The notes under the pieces are model-generated. The model searched no databases. It was not told where the DNA came from and saw nothing but the letters and a program-made list of their open reading frames with translations. This document shows, one piece after another, positions 30,919 through 42,260 of a DNA stretch of 64,000 nt. Position numbers and translations under genes: made by a program. Position 1 is the first letter of the stretch, and each line of letters begins with the position of its first letter. The DNA comes from an uncultured archaeon (GTDB lineage: Archaea; Asgardarchaeota; Lokiarchaeia; Sigyniarchaeales; SOKP01), in assembly GCA_964632315.1 (NCBI GenBank), contig CAZWEM010000001.1:1-64000 (forward strand). Reading direction: 5' to 3'.

Positions 30919-31644
30919 TTATTTATTTCTGAAAAATATTTCTTTCATCCAAGTTGGTAAATAAAACCCACCGTAAAAGAAAATTGCACTCAGAACTTCT
31001 AAGGTTCTATAAATTGAAAGAGTAAGAAGATTTAATGGAATTGAAGTATCTAAACCCGCACCGATTATAAATAGAAGAAAAGCAGTCAATAATAACTTTC
31101 CCTTGAGCCTAACTGTTTCGTCCAATGACTTCAATGATTCTCTCGTAAAGAGTATCCCTGTTATCAGCATGATAATCAACACTGTCACATCATAAGCAAT
31201 AATGAAGAACTCATATTGAACATCAGTAATTCCTTTCAAATATCCAATTAGACTGGGATTGATGCTTATTAACACAAAAAAACCGATTTCAAAGAAAATT
31301 CCATATATTACAAAAAGTAAAATCAACAAGTTCTTTCTTTTTATGTTTAAGAATTTAGAGATAACCATTATCCAGAGTAAGAGTGCAATGGGGATAAAAA
31401 TATTTCCGATTATGAAGTAAGGGACTTCCGTCAAATTCTGGTTAGTAAAAATGTACAGAAGGAATGATATTCCCCCCGGGTACCAAGGACATGCGATAAA
31501 AATCCAACATAGTCCAACCAAGAGTAGTTCTGTTTTTCTCAACTTATAATATTTTAGTATTAATCTTAAACCAACATAGATTGAAATCCCATCTAATACT
31601 AAAATTAGTATTCCATTAGCTAAATCTAGACCGCTTAATGTCAA
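30919..31644 (-). CDS. Multi-pass (~7 TM) membrane protein
   Basis: Hydrophobic helices, GFYLP.W C-terminus. Confidence 0.7.
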   Translation of the reverse strand: MTLSGLDLANGILILVLDGISIYVGLRLILKYYKLRKTELLLVGLCWIFIACPWYPGGISFLLYIFTNQNLTEVPYFIIGNIFIPIALLLWIMVISKFLNIKRKNLLILLFVIYGIFFEIGFFVLISINPSLIGYLKGITDVQYEFFIIAYDVTVLIIMLITGILFTRESLKSLDETVRLKGKLLLTAFLLFIIGAGLDTSIPLNLLTLSIYRTLEVLSAIFFYGGFYLPTWMKEIFFRNK

Positions 31645-31790
31645 AACAATACGCCAAATATTATAGAAAGATCTCTAGATACTTCATCTGTTTATTATTT
31701 TTAAATATTGATTTTAAGAAAGGGAATTTTGATCATGAATTAATTATAACTTAATAGCAATGATTCATAATTTAGCATTAAAGATATAAT

Positions 31791-33863
31791 GTGACCTTGT
31801 TGATTAGAAAAAAGGATTTAGCAAAAGTACCAAATTTAAAGAATTCATTCGAAGAAATAAATCAACATCTTTATGCTAAATTAAAACAAATGGATACAGA
31901 TACAAGAACAAGATCTAAAGAAATTATTAATCTTCTTCTTTGCAAGTTAGTAGATGAGATTAACAAAAAGCCCTCTGAAGTGATGGATTTTGCCGTAAGA
32001 AATAAAGAATCAGAAAAAGAATTACTCTTTCGAATTCAGAAATATTTTGAAGATAACGTGAAAACGCGTTATAAGGATATCATTGAGGAAAATGAACATA
32101 TAGGCTTGAATAAAAATTTAGTATATATTGTGGTTCAAGAATTACAATCAATCTCCCTTCTTCAATCCTCTAAAGATCTTTTGAGAGATGCGTTTGAAGT
32201 TTTCGTTAGTAAAGCTTTAAAAGAAGAAGGTGGACAATTTTTTACACCAATTAACATCATAAAATTCATGGTAAATTTTTTAAATCCTGATTTAGGTTCT
32301 AAAATAATTGACCCCGCTTGCGGTCATGGAGGATTCCTACTTGAACTTAGAGATTTATTACAAAATAAGTCTGGAATCAATGTTAATATAAAAATTGTCG
32401 ATAATTTGTATGGAATGGATAAGGATTCATTTCTAGTAAAGATTTGCAAATTATATTTAGAAATCCTTAGTGGAGAAAAAGCAAAAATTTACTGCGAAGA
32501 TTCATTAGACCCCATAAGTTATAGATTAGAATCAAGTAAAGAAATCAAAGATGATTATTTTGATTATGTCCTTACTAATCCTCCCTTTGGAGCACGTATT
32601 CCAATTGATAATAAAGAACTTCTTAATAAGTATCAACTTGGCCATTTATGGCGAAATTTCGAGGGCCAATGGGAAATACAACCTAAATTGGTCAAGAAAC
32701 AAGCGCCTCAAATTCTATTTATAGAAAGATGTGTTAATTTACTTCGTAATGGGGGAAAAATGGGTATCATCTTACCTGAAGGCATTTTTGGAAATCCCTC
32801 TGATCGCTATATATGGGAATATTTAAATCAAAAGGGTAAGATTCTGGCTGTAGTTTCATTAGATCAGAATGCTTTCCAACCTTATACATGTAACAAAACA
32901 AGCATTTTGTTTTTTGAGAAATTAAAACAAATACCAAATGAATATGATATTAATTTTGCGATAATCAATAATGTTGGACATGATAAGGATGGAAAAGTTA
33001 CCTATAGACTGCAACAAAATGGTGATCCAATTTTGAATGAAGAAGGAAAACCCATAATCAATAACGAATTAAGAAATCTCCATTTCCAACTTCTAAACGC
33101 AGAGGATTTTGATTATACTCAGGATCAAAAAATTTTCAGAATCAAAAATCAGCAGATTTATCGCTACATCTACATCCCGAGTTATTACACGGGAGTAGAA
33201 AAAACCTTAAAACTTCTTGAAACGGATGCAAATTATCAACTTTATACAATTAAGCAATTAACAGAAGAAAAAATAATTTATACTAATCAAAATGGATATA
33301 TTCCTAGAGGAGATGAAATAGGATCCCACCTCTATGGATTAGGAGATGTGCCTTTTATAAGGACGAGTGAAATTAATAATTGGGAAATAAATTTAGAATC
33401 GAATAAATCTACTTCTGAAGAAGTCTACGAAAAATATAGAGAGAAACAAAATTTAGAAGTTGGAGATATTCTTTTAGTGAAAGATGGCGGGTCAAATTTA
33501 ATTGGTAATACAGCCTATATCTCTGAGTTAGATACAAAGATAATCATTCAAAGTCACATTTTTCAACTTAAGGTCATTAAAAACGATAAACTTATTGATC
33601 CCTATCTCTTATTATATCTACTTAACTTAGAGATTGTTCAAAAGCAAATACAAGCGATTACATTCGTTCAAGGAACCATAGCAAGTATCGGAAATCGGAT
33701 TATGGATGTAATTTTGCCTTTTCCTTCTAAACTTGAGCGAAGAAAAGAAATCTCTTCATATGTTAAAGCAATTATTGAAAATAAGACTGAAACAAGAAGA
33801 AAAATAATCAAGTTAAAGAAATCCACATTATCAGAATTTAACTTTAATGGGAGAAAACACTAA
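31791..33863 (+). CDS. N6-adenine DNA methyltransferase fused to an HsdS-like specificity (TRD) domain
   Basis: GQFFTP, DPACGHGGF, NPPF; C-terminal PFIRTS..GDILL.KDG..IG TRD-like region. Confidence 0.88.
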   Translation: MTLLIRKKDLAKVPNLKNSFEEINQHLYAKLKQMDTDTRTRSKEIINLLLCKLVDEINKKPSEVMDFAVRNKESEKELLFRIQKYFEDNVKTRYKDIIEENEHIGLNKNLVYIVVQELQSISLLQSSKDLLRDAFEVFVSKALKEEGGQFFTPINIIKFMVNFLNPDLGSKIIDPACGHGGFLLELRDLLQNKSGINVNIKIVDNLYGMDKDSFLVKICKLYLEILSGEKAKIYCEDSLDPISYRLESSKEIKDDYFDYVLTNPPFGARIPIDNKELLNKYQLGHLWRNFEGQWEIQPKLVKKQAPQILFIERCVNLLRNGGKMGIILPEGIFGNPSDRYIWEYLNQKGKILAVVSLDQNAFQPYTCNKTSILFFEKLKQIPNEYDINFAIINNVGHDKDGKVTYRLQQNGDPILNEEGKPIINNELRNLHFQLLNAEDFDYTQDQKIFRIKNQQIYRYIYIPSYYTGVEKTLKLLETDANYQLYTIKQLTEEKIIYTNQNGYIPRGDEIGSHLYGLGDVPFIRTSEINNWEINLESNKSTSEEVYEKYREKQNLEVGDILLVKDGGSNLIGNTAYISELDTKIIIQSHIFQLKVIKNDKLIDPYLLLYLLNLEIVQKQIQAITFVQGTIASIGNRIMDVILPFPSKLERRKEISSYVKAIIENKTETRRKIIKLKKSTLSEFNFNGRKH

Positions 33864-33868
33864 AATTA

Positions 33869-34315
33869 GTGAGTAAAATGATTATAAAAAAATTTTCAAT
33901 GAAATATTATAAGGATGTAATCCAAATTTGGAAAAATTCGGGTATTAGTGTTGGATCTTCAGATGAGAAGGAAGAGATTAAGAGAGTCTTACATAAAAAT
34001 CCCGATTTATTTTTGATTGGCTTAATTGATAAAGAGGTCATTGCAGTTGTGATTGGTGCTTTTGATGGAAGGCGGGGATATGTCCATCATCTCGCAGTAT
34101 CTCCAGCATATCAGAAAAAAGGATATGGGAGAAAGATAATGGAAGAATTACATGAAAGGTTTCAAAATCTTAACGTTCATAAAGTACATTTATTCATTGA
34201 AAAAAATAATGAAGACGTAATTAACTTCTATAAAAAAATAGGTTGGGAGATAAGGGATGATTTGATTATGATGAGCTATGTCCCAAATACCGATTTATAT
34301 AAGAGAGATATTTAG
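33869..34315 (+). CDS. GNAT acetyltransferase (YpeA-like)
   Basis: DGRRGYVHHLAV.P.YQKKGYG, FY.K.GW. Confidence 0.9.
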   Translation: MSKMIIKKFSMKYYKDVIQIWKNSGISVGSSDEKEEIKRVLHKNPDLFLIGLIDKEVIAVVIGAFDGRRGYVHHLAVSPAYQKKGYGRKIMEELHERFQNLNVHKVHLFIEKNNEDVINFYKKIGWEIRDDLIMMSYVPNTDLYKRDI

Positions 34316-34434
34316 TAATATTCCATTGAAAATATTTGTGTGATTGGACAAAACTATAAATATTTTGTGCGAAAATATAATTTCTATACAACAATTTATA
34401 TCAATTCCAATCATAATTAAAAACTAGATTTAAG

Positions 34435-36132
34435 ATGAAAGATTATTCTGAATGGGAACCCTTTTATGATTATGAAAATGAATCCCCATATCTAGAAAAT
34501 CCTAATAGGCCTTGGTTAAAGTTTCGTGCCGATAACGTTCCTAAATCTATAAAGTTTGAACCAATTCCAGTACAAGAATTTATAAGGCTTTCAGCAAGTG
34601 AATACCAAAATAATGTATGCGTTTATCACAAACCTTCCGATAAAAAATATACTTATAGAGAATTTTTATATCTTTCCGATAAGGTAGGCAATGCACTTTA
34701 TGAAATGGGAGTACGTAAGGGTGATGCAGTGGGAATTATGACCGGGAATGTTCCTGAATTCTTATTTTGTTGCATGGGAATCATGGAGTGTGGTGCTGCT
34801 GTCACCCCCATAAATCCTCTCCTCAAAGAAAATGACGTCATACACATTATTAAAGAAGCAGGAAATTTGGACATCATATTCGTTAGTAGAACTTTATATA
34901 GAACCATCAAAAAGGTATTAAAAGAAGTAGAATTAAAGCATGTCATTTTATTAGAGACAGAGGAAGCTAAGGAGGGAACTATTACATTTCATGAATTCAT
35001 TGAAGGTGTAGCTCCAAAAGCTCCGGAAGTTGAAATTGATCCAATAAATGATTTAGCAGCTTTACTATTTACGGGAGGAACAACTGGACTACCAAAAGGA
35101 GTAATGTTAACTCATAACAATTTAGTTGCTGACGCACTTTCAGTGCTTTTGATGAATGGAGAACCTGAAGAGGAAGAAGATCAATTTGGAAAGTCAGTAG
35201 CTCTTGCAGTTCTACCCTTATGCCACACCTTTGGATTTGAAGTATTAATTGCTGCATTATTTGGAGCCGCCATGCTTGTCATGTTTTCTTCTTTCAATGC
35301 CTCAGACGTTTTAGAGGCAATAGAATACTACAAAGTCACTAATTATGTTGGAGTACCCGTAATGTTTCAAATGTTAATTAACGATCCAGATTTTACAGAA
35401 CGAGATCTCTCAAGTTTAGAAGAAGCGAATTCAGGTTCAGCCGCCTTAGCGCCAGAATTAGCAAAGAGATGGCAAGCAGTTGTTGGTACTAAGGTAGGCC
35501 AAGGTTTTGGTTTAACGGAAACCTCTCCAATCACACATATGCCCGCAAAATGGATGCCAGATATCAAATCAGAAAGTATAGGTGTTCCCATCATTGATAC
35601 TGACTGCAAAATCGTCAATCCCGAGACTTTAGAAGAACTAGAACAAGGACAAGTAGGAGAATTGTTAATTAAAGGGCCTCAAGTTATGAAAGGATATTGG
35701 AATCAACCAGAAGAAACCAAGAAAACGATCATAAATGGGTGGTTACGTACGGGAGATCTAGGACGCATGGATGAACAAGGATATTTCTATATTGAAGGGA
35801 GAACCAAAGATATAATAAAATATAAAGGTTACAAAGTAATGCCGAAGGAGGTAGAGGAAAAATTATTCGAGCATCCTGCAGTTTTAGAGGCAGGAGTTGT
35901 TTCAGCACCAGATCCAAACATAGGGGAAACCATCAAAGCCTATGTTGCTTTAAAACCAGAGTATAAGGATAAGGTAACCGAAAAAGAAATAATTGAATGG
36001 GCAAAAGAACGATTGGCTGCATATAAATATCCTCGACAGGTTGAATTTGTAAACGTACTACCTAGGACAGCAGTAGGGAAGATTTTTCGAAGAGTGTTAC
36101 GCGAAAGATCTGTTAAGAAAAATAATCGTTAA
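34435..36132 (+). CDS. Long-chain fatty acid-CoA ligase
   Basis: FTGGTTGLPKG, GFGLTETSP, TGDLG, GK. Confidence 0.93.
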   Translation: MKDYSEWEPFYDYENESPYLENPNRPWLKFRADNVPKSIKFEPIPVQEFIRLSASEYQNNVCVYHKPSDKKYTYREFLYLSDKVGNALYEMGVRKGDAVGIMTGNVPEFLFCCMGIMECGAAVTPINPLLKENDVIHIIKEAGNLDIIFVSRTLYRTIKKVLKEVELKHVILLETEEAKEGTITFHEFIEGVAPKAPEVEIDPINDLAALLFTGGTTGLPKGVMLTHNNLVADALSVLLMNGEPEEEEDQFGKSVALAVLPLCHTFGFEVLIAALFGAAMLVMFSSFNASDVLEAIEYYKVTNYVGVPVMFQMLINDPDFTERDLSSLEEANSGSAALAPELAKRWQAVVGTKVGQGFGLTETSPITHMPAKWMPDIKSESIGVPIIDTDCKIVNPETLEELEQGQVGELLIKGPQVMKGYWNQPEETKKTIINGWLRTGDLGRMDEQGYFYIEGRTKDIIKYKGYKVMPKEVEEKLFEHPAVLEAGVVSAPDPNIGETIKAYVALKPEYKDKVTEKEIIEWAKERLAAYKYPRQVEFVNVLPRTAVGKIFRRVLRERSVKKNNR

Positions 36133-36710
36133 TTTTCAATGTTTTCTATTATCTCCTTAATTTCATCAAGCTTACGATAAATATCCTCAAAGTGCCCACC
36201 TATCCAATAGAGCTTGTTACAGTTTTCATTCTCACAAACCCAAAAATCTTGATTACTTTCGTATACCGCGTTCGGTATCTTTTGTTGATAATCAGCTTTA
36301 TTTCTAACTTTCCTAATCGTAGAATTACAAGCGGAACAGCGAGCTAATTCAGGAACGTAATGTAGGCGTATATTGAATTTTAGATGCAATGCAACCATCG
36401 ATTGAACAAAATCTTCTGTATTCAATAAAAGTAAGGGTGTTAATATCTCATTGGATTTTATTTCAAACTTCTTATAAACTTCTGGATTACTCTTTAAAAG
36501 AAGGTGGAATTTCTTTCTAAATCTATTTGCCATCTCTCTATCCCGAGTGATTAGAATTCTATAATCTAATAGAGATTGCTCTATCAATATATCATCTTCT
36601 ACGGGAGTCCCATATTTGACTTCGTAATCTTTGGCATATTTAGTATCATATCCTAAAAAACGTAACCAACTAGTTAAATTTCCTTCCATTTCATCAGTAA
36701 GGAACTTCAT
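36129..36710 (-). CDS. Mut7-C RNase domain protein
   Basis: D.M.G.L..WLR.LGYD, TRD, RCSACN, C..C.KLYW.G.H. Confidence 0.9.
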   Translation of the reverse strand: MKFLTDEMEGNLTSWLRFLGYDTKYAKDYEVKYGTPVEDDILIEQSLLDYRILITRDREMANRFRKKFHLLLKSNPEVYKKFEIKSNEILTPLLLLNTEDFVQSMVALHLKFNIRLHYVPELARCSACNSTIRKVRNKADYQQKIPNAVYESNQDFWVCENENCNKLYWIGGHFEDIYRKLDEIKEIIENIEN

Positions 36711-36826
36711 TTGAATCTATTTTCTCATAACTTTTATAAATACTCATTAAATCATTTGATATTATAACTAGAACTTCCTTTAAGCTCCCCTACGAATAGG
36801 ATTTTTAAATGAAAAAAATAAAAAAA

Positions 36827-37876
36827 TTATTGAATTATTGAACTCGCTTTTTTCAGCCTTGATTCAGCGACGCTTGCAATAGATTCGATTATATCTTTAA
36901 CTTTATCTATACTGTTTATTAAACCGCAACTCTGACCAAGAGGTATGGCTCCAGTTACTAGATCTCCATTTAAATACACGGATTCATAGTGCTTAGCATC
37001 CTCAAGTAGGTCCTGCATGGTAAATTCTGCCTCTTCGGCCATTTTTTCATCCCTACTGTCAATGAGTCCGTGATGAAGAGCATATTCATTTCTCCATAAT
37101 CTTATTGGCCCTAGAAAACCCGTAACTATGATAGTATCTTTGGGTTTCGCAGGAGGAACAATATCCTTGTATTTTGGATGAAATTCACTCTCTTCTGATG
37201 CTATGAACCTAGAACCCATTGCAATTGCGCCTGCTCCCATTGCTAGCGCAGCTGCCAGTCCATACCCATTTCCAAAGGCTCCACAAGCAATCACTGGGAA
37301 ATCAGGATATTTCTCAATTACATCTTGAAGTAATATCAATGTGCCTGTTTTTTCATAAGACTGATGACCTCCTCCCTCACTTCCCGTAACAACCATACCG
37401 TCAACCCCCGAAGCAACACATTTATCTGCTAACCATGCAGCCGGAGCTACATGAAAGTGTTTTATATCACTTTTTTCTCTCAGTAATTGAAAATTTCTGC
37501 TTGCTGGTAAGGTCTTTGACGATCCTGCGCTCGTTAATGCGTATACACATTGGTCTCTGACTTTCTGATTCTCCATGATAAATTTTGGTATTTGTCTGCA
37601 AAGCTTTTTAGCATCATATTGCATTCTACCCGTTCTTATATTGAATCCAAAGGGTTTATCTGTATGTTCTACGACATATTCCATATCCTCTTTCATTGCT
37701 TTAAAACTATCTCTCCCCATGAGGTTGGTATGACTGATTACACCCATACCACCTGCTTCGGACACCGCCACAGTTAACTCTTTTGTAAAATAGGGACCCA
37801 TTGGGGCTGCAAATATGGGATGTTTTATCCCAAACATTTCAGTTATTCTTGTCTTTAACATCTTTAAGTCTATCAA
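36827..37876 (-). CDS. Nitronate monooxygenase/FabK-like flavoenzyme
   Basis: APMG, VSEAGG.G, G.EGGGH, MGSRFIAS.ES. Confidence 0.88.
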   Translation of the reverse strand: MIDLKMLKTRITEMFGIKHPIFAAPMGPYFTKELTVAVSEAGGMGVISHTNLMGRDSFKAMKEDMEYVVEHTDKPFGFNIRTGRMQYDAKKLCRQIPKFIMENQKVRDQCVYALTSAGSSKTLPASRNFQLLREKSDIKHFHVAPAAWLADKCVASGVDGMVVTGSEGGGHQSYEKTGTLILLQDVIEKYPDFPVIACGAFGNGYGLAAALAMGAGAIAMGSRFIASEESEFHPKYKDIVPPAKPKDTIIVTGFLGPIRLWRNEYALHHGLIDSRDEKMAEEAEFTMQDLLEDAKHYESVYLNGDLVTGAIPLGQSCGLINSIDKVKDIIESIASVAESRLKKASSIIQ

Positions 37877-37969
37877 TAATTTTTATTTTTATAGTTAATA
37901 GTTTAATTTAAGAACTAAAAAAGCTTATCAGAGATTTTTAGTTTAAAATTTAAATTTCGATTGGAAGGG

Positions 37970-39472
37970 TTATTCTTCGAGAGAAATCACAACATTTCTG
38001 TTTATCTCCTTGTTGTAAGCTATTTTTGCTTTTTTTCCCACAAGTTCTTCATTTTCTAATTTTAAAAGCCTTTTACTACTAAAGTTCATTAAAGCTAGGG
38101 TCCGCGTTCCATTTTTAAATTCTCCTAAAATAATCCCCTTCTCAGGTTTTCCTGATCGATCATAGGTGATTGTATAACCTCGAATTATTATTTTTCCATT
38201 GGCTTTCTCGATAGGTTTCATTAATTTTGCAGAATCAATTTTTTTTTGCACTGCCATCTCAATTGATTTAAGCTCATCCCATGAGATTTTAGGTCCAAAT
38301 TTCCCATAAATCCCTATAGATTGTTTTGTATTATAACCACCATTTGCTATCACCATAATTTTTAAGGAAGGCTTGTTGCGAATCAAATTCACTGCATTCA
38401 CGATAGAGTGAAGTGAATAATTACTCCATGGGCCCCCAAAATAAGGTAACCCACCCGTCAAAGTAAGATTCCGTTTATTCTCCAAAGTTATTCCTAATTC
38501 ATCCATAATTATTTGAACTATTGAAGGAAAACAGCTGTAAATATCAAATCCATCAATTTGATCCAAAGTTAGGCCTGCTTGGTTCAATGCTAATTTTGCA
38601 GCTTCTCTCACTGCTGGAGAATCATATAATCTTGGTCGTTGGGTGGTTTCATGGATGTTGTTTAAGTCTGATCCTCCAATTATATTAACCCAGAGTTCTC
38701 TATTTAAATTGATATTTTGGGCAAATCTTTCACTAGTAATTAATATTGAAGCGCTTTGATCAACGTAAAGATTAGCACACATCCTTTTCGTATAGGGATG
38801 AGTAATTAGACGATTATCATTATTTAGGTCAATTATCTCCTTAAATCCAAAACTTTTCTTTGTCCATGAATATGGATTTTCTGCAGCTATTTTTGAAAAA
38901 TGCTCGAAGAGCTTACCCATATTCTTACGATGTAAATCTAAAGATCTTTTCTCAGAAGCTCTTAATGCAGTTTCAAAAATAGCATAAGTATATGGTGGAT
39001 ATTTCAAGCCATACTTATTTTCAAAATCATTGATTCCATCCCAAATCTTTCCCTCCATTTCTTTCGGGTGTTCATATTTTGGCCATTTCTTCTTGATATG
39101 GGTCTCATTATTTAATTTTGAGTACAGTGCTTCTGCTCCCGTGATTAACATAACTCGATATTTACCCTCTTGGATAGCTTTACAAGCACGATTTACTAGC
39201 ATTTGTGGGGTATTTCCTCCATCTGAAAAGTATTTAAAAACTTTAGGAGAAAGTTTAAGACGAGTAGCTAATTCTTTAGGTGCGTAATTATATGACCACG
39301 AATTTATATTGACCATGTAAATTGCATCAATCAAAGTAGCAATTTGTCTAACTCTCGTATTCAAAATCGCATCATTACTTGTTTTTACCATAAGACTAAG
39401 GGGGTCAAGTGGCTCTTTAGTTCCTTTTTTTTGAGTAAATTGAGAAACACCGACAATAATGGGATGAATCAT
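37970..39472 (-). CDS. Atypical thiolase-like protein (acetyl-CoA acetyltransferase family)
   Basis: GGNTPQ, PYTK, VDQ, DIYSCFP, TLTGGLPYFGGP. Confidence 0.8.
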   Translation of the reverse strand: MIHPIIVGVSQFTQKKGTKEPLDPLSLMVKTSNDAILNTRVRQIATLIDAIYMVNINSWSYNYAPKELATRLKLSPKVFKYFSDGGNTPQMLVNRACKAIQEGKYRVMLITGAEALYSKLNNETHIKKKWPKYEHPKEMEGKIWDGINDFENKYGLKYPPYTYAIFETALRASEKRSLDLHRKNMGKLFEHFSKIAAENPYSWTKKSFGFKEIIDLNNDNRLITHPYTKRMCANLYVDQSASILITSERFAQNINLNRELWVNIIGGSDLNNIHETTQRPRLYDSPAVREAAKLALNQAGLTLDQIDGFDIYSCFPSIVQIIMDELGITLENKRNLTLTGGLPYFGGPWSNYSLHSIVNAVNLIRNKPSLKIMVIANGGYNTKQSIGIYGKFGPKISWDELKSIEMAVQKKIDSAKLMKPIEKANGKIIIRGYTITYDRSGKPEKGIILGEFKNGTRTLALMNFSSKRLLKLENEELVGKKAKIAYNKEINRNVVISLEE

Positions 39473-39499
39473 AATTTCTTCTTAATTTCGTGACAAAAT

Positions 39500-40282
39500 T
39501 CAGGTATATTTTCTATACAAGCTCTTTATAAAATCATCAATTTCCTTTAGCTCCTTTACTCTCCTGTCATACGCGACTTTTCCACACTCATCTTCTAAAT
39601 CGAAATATGATTTAACACGTCCCTTTTCCATGATGGTTAACATCGTTTTCGTGAATATCGAAAATTTTGATTGATATCTACAGATATTTTTTGCGAATTT
39701 TAAAGCCTCATTTTCTAAATCTTCTAAAGGAAAAACTCGGGTTGGGAAATTGATGTTTTTCAAATCTTCAATTCCAATTTTATCTGCTGCGTAAAGAAGG
39801 TTTTTAGCATAATTGAATCCAAATGAAATTAGTGGGAGAAACGTTGCTCCCGTTTGTGGAAATGCTGATATTTCAAGTTCTGGTAGTCTCAAATATAATT
39901 CTTCCTTAGATCTTTCAGCAAAAAGTTTTAAATCTGAGGCTAAAATCAGTAAGACTCCAAAACCTATTGCAATTCCCTGAATTTGAGTAATCACGGGTTT
40001 TTTCATCATTAAAATTCCTTCATTTACTCTTCGACCCCATTCTGTGATTTGTGCCACTTTTGCTGGATCTCCCTTGATTTCCTTGAGGTCATAACCAGCA
40101 GAAAAAAACCTGCTTCCTGTACTTCTAATAATAATGCATTTTACTTTCTCATCATTATCAGCATCCATCAACTTAGAATGTAAATCTTTTAACATATCAG
40201 TATTGAATGCATTCGCTTTATCTGGTCTGTTGATAGTAATGATTGCGACTCTTTCCTCAATTTCATACAATAATAAATCCAT
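39500..40282 (-). CDS. Enoyl-CoA hydratase/isomerase family protein
   Basis: NRP...NA, FSAGYDL, KPVI. Confidence 0.88.
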   Translation of the reverse strand: MDLLLYEIEERVAIITINRPDKANAFNTDMLKDLHSKLMDADNDEKVKCIIIRSTGSRFFSAGYDLKEIKGDPAKVAQITEWGRRVNEGILMMKKPVITQIQGIAIGFGVLLILASDLKLFAERSKEELYLRLPELEISAFPQTGATFLPLISFGFNYAKNLLYAADKIGIEDLKNINFPTRVFPLEDLENEALKFAKNICRYQSKFSIFTKTMLTIMEKGRVKSYFDLEDECGKVAYDRRVKELKEIDDFIKSLYRKYT

Positions 40283-40414
40283 AGGATCCTTTATCTCATA
40301 TAGAAAATAAAAGTTGTTTTTTTCATTAATATTGTCTTAGAAAGTCATTAATAGATATTTTCATTTAAAAATTATAACATTCAAACTTATTTGTCAGCCC
40401 TCTTTCATATAATT

Positions 40415-41083
40415 ATGAGTAATTCTAAACCATTAATACAAGTTGCATTAGATGTTCTAAGTTTAGATGACGCTCTATATATATCCTCAGAAGTTTCTCC
40501 TTTTGTAGATGTGATTGAGGTTGGAACGCCATTAATCAATTCTGAAGGTATAAAATCCGTAAAAGTACTCAAAAATGCACATTCTGATAAGATGATCTGT
40601 GCAGATCTGAAAATCGCTGATGCCGGCTATCTAGAAGTAGAAATGGCGGCATTAGCTGGAGCGGACATTGTTACTGTACTTGCTGATGCATATAAAGCTA
40701 CGATAATTGAAACTTTAAGAGCAGCTAAACTATATAATGTTCATATAATGGCTGATTTGATTATGTCCAGAAAACCTCCAGTTAGACTAGCTGAAATTGT
40801 AGATCTTGAATTTGAGGGTACTAAACTTCAGTATTGTGAAGTGCATAGTGGATTAGATCTCCAAAAATCTCGATATGATCCTCTCGCAGAATTAGCATCG
40901 GTAGCCAATATCCAAGGGCGCCCAAAAATAGCAATAGCAGGAGGAATAAAGTTGCCCGATATCCCAAAACTAAAAACTTACCCCATTGATATCATTATTA
41001 TTGGAGGAGCAATTACTCGGTCCAACGATCCAAAGGCAATATCTAAAGAAATTCGAAAATTGGTAGATTCTACATTTTCTTAG
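40415..41083 (+). CDS. 3-hexulose-6-phosphate synthase / KGPDC family protein
   Basis: QVALD, EVGTPLI, DLKIADAG..E, H.G.D.Q, AGG. Confidence 0.85.
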   Translation: MSNSKPLIQVALDVLSLDDALYISSEVSPFVDVIEVGTPLINSEGIKSVKVLKNAHSDKMICADLKIADAGYLEVEMAALAGADIVTVLADAYKATIIETLRAAKLYNVHIMADLIMSRKPPVRLAEIVDLEFEGTKLQYCEVHSGLDLQKSRYDPLAELASVANIQGRPKIAIAGGIKLPDIPKLKTYPIDIIIIGGAITRSNDPKAISKEIRKLVDSTFS

Positions 41084-41143
41084 AAATTCGTGTCATAAGT
41101 ACAAATTTTTGAAAATAGTAAATGATATTAATTTAAAATTAAG

Positions 41144-42260
41144 TCATATTGGAAAAATATCATCAACGACAGAGTTCAATTGAGAAAATTTAGCTCTGTT
41201 TCCATCCCAATCGACTAAAACTGATTTATAGATAAGCTCTATTTTCAAGACTAGCCTTTTGAGGTTAAATTTAAAAAATTCTAATGCTTCACTACTTATT
41301 AAAACTCCAATAACGTATTCACTTGAAAAAATAGTCACGATTTTATTTGCTTTCTCAATAACCGATATTCTATTGTTTTTGATATGCATTAATTCATTTA
41401 GCATGATATTTACTGAGGAAAGAGCTCCTGAAATGGTGTGTTCATCAATGGATTTATCAGAATTTATATATGACTTACTAAATAAGTTAATTCCGTTTTT
41501 AAATAAAAGATAAATATCTTCAATTTTTTTTTGCCAATCACGTTCAAAAAAAGGTGGAATGTTTCTAAACAAAAGAAACATTATAATTATTGCTATAATT
41601 GGAGTAATAGTCCCAATAAGTCTTGCGATTGCCCCCAATGTAATTAAAATAAAATCGAGTGAAAAAAAGTACCCCAATAATAGTAATATTATTGAAAAAC
41701 CCATATACAACCAGCCTTTTGTATGTATTATCTGCATTTTAACTTGTTTATTGAAGACTTTAATATAGAATATGGAAAGGATTAATAAAGAAGGCAATAA
41801 CCAGATTAAAAGATAATTTACCATTAGAAGATCAACTAAACTGAGAATAAAAAATAGAATAAATTGAAATAGAAAGCAAAAGGTTAAGAAATATTTCTTA
41901 TAGAGAAGAGTCTTATACCTTTCCAAAAAATAAGTAAACAATACCACTCCAAGGTTAATTGAAATAAGTCCTATATTCAAAAATAAAAACCTGAAACTCC
42001 CACTTGACCAAAGAAAGAATGGGGATATCAGAATACTTAAAGCATAATAATTAGCTATTAAAAAGAATAGCCTCATAAACGCAATTCCTAAAAAAAAAGC
42101 TGAGAATCCAATATCTTGTGTATTCTTCACTTTTCCAGGTTGCCTTCTGAATTTAATCAGAAAATATAGCCCTAACTCAAAGCAAAATACAATAAAAATC
42201 CATTCCGTTATTAAAGTCGTGAATCTTAAGGAATCATTTAAAGGAAAAATCTCTTATCAT
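41144..42260 (-). CDS. Multi-TM protein with C-terminal longin-like domain (5' end frameshifted or non-canonical start)
   Basis: ORF track 41144-42130, but the frame is open to 42253 and encodes another TM helix. C-terminal GINLF..ISGALSSV..ML.E..WDG longin-like region. Confidence 0.65.
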
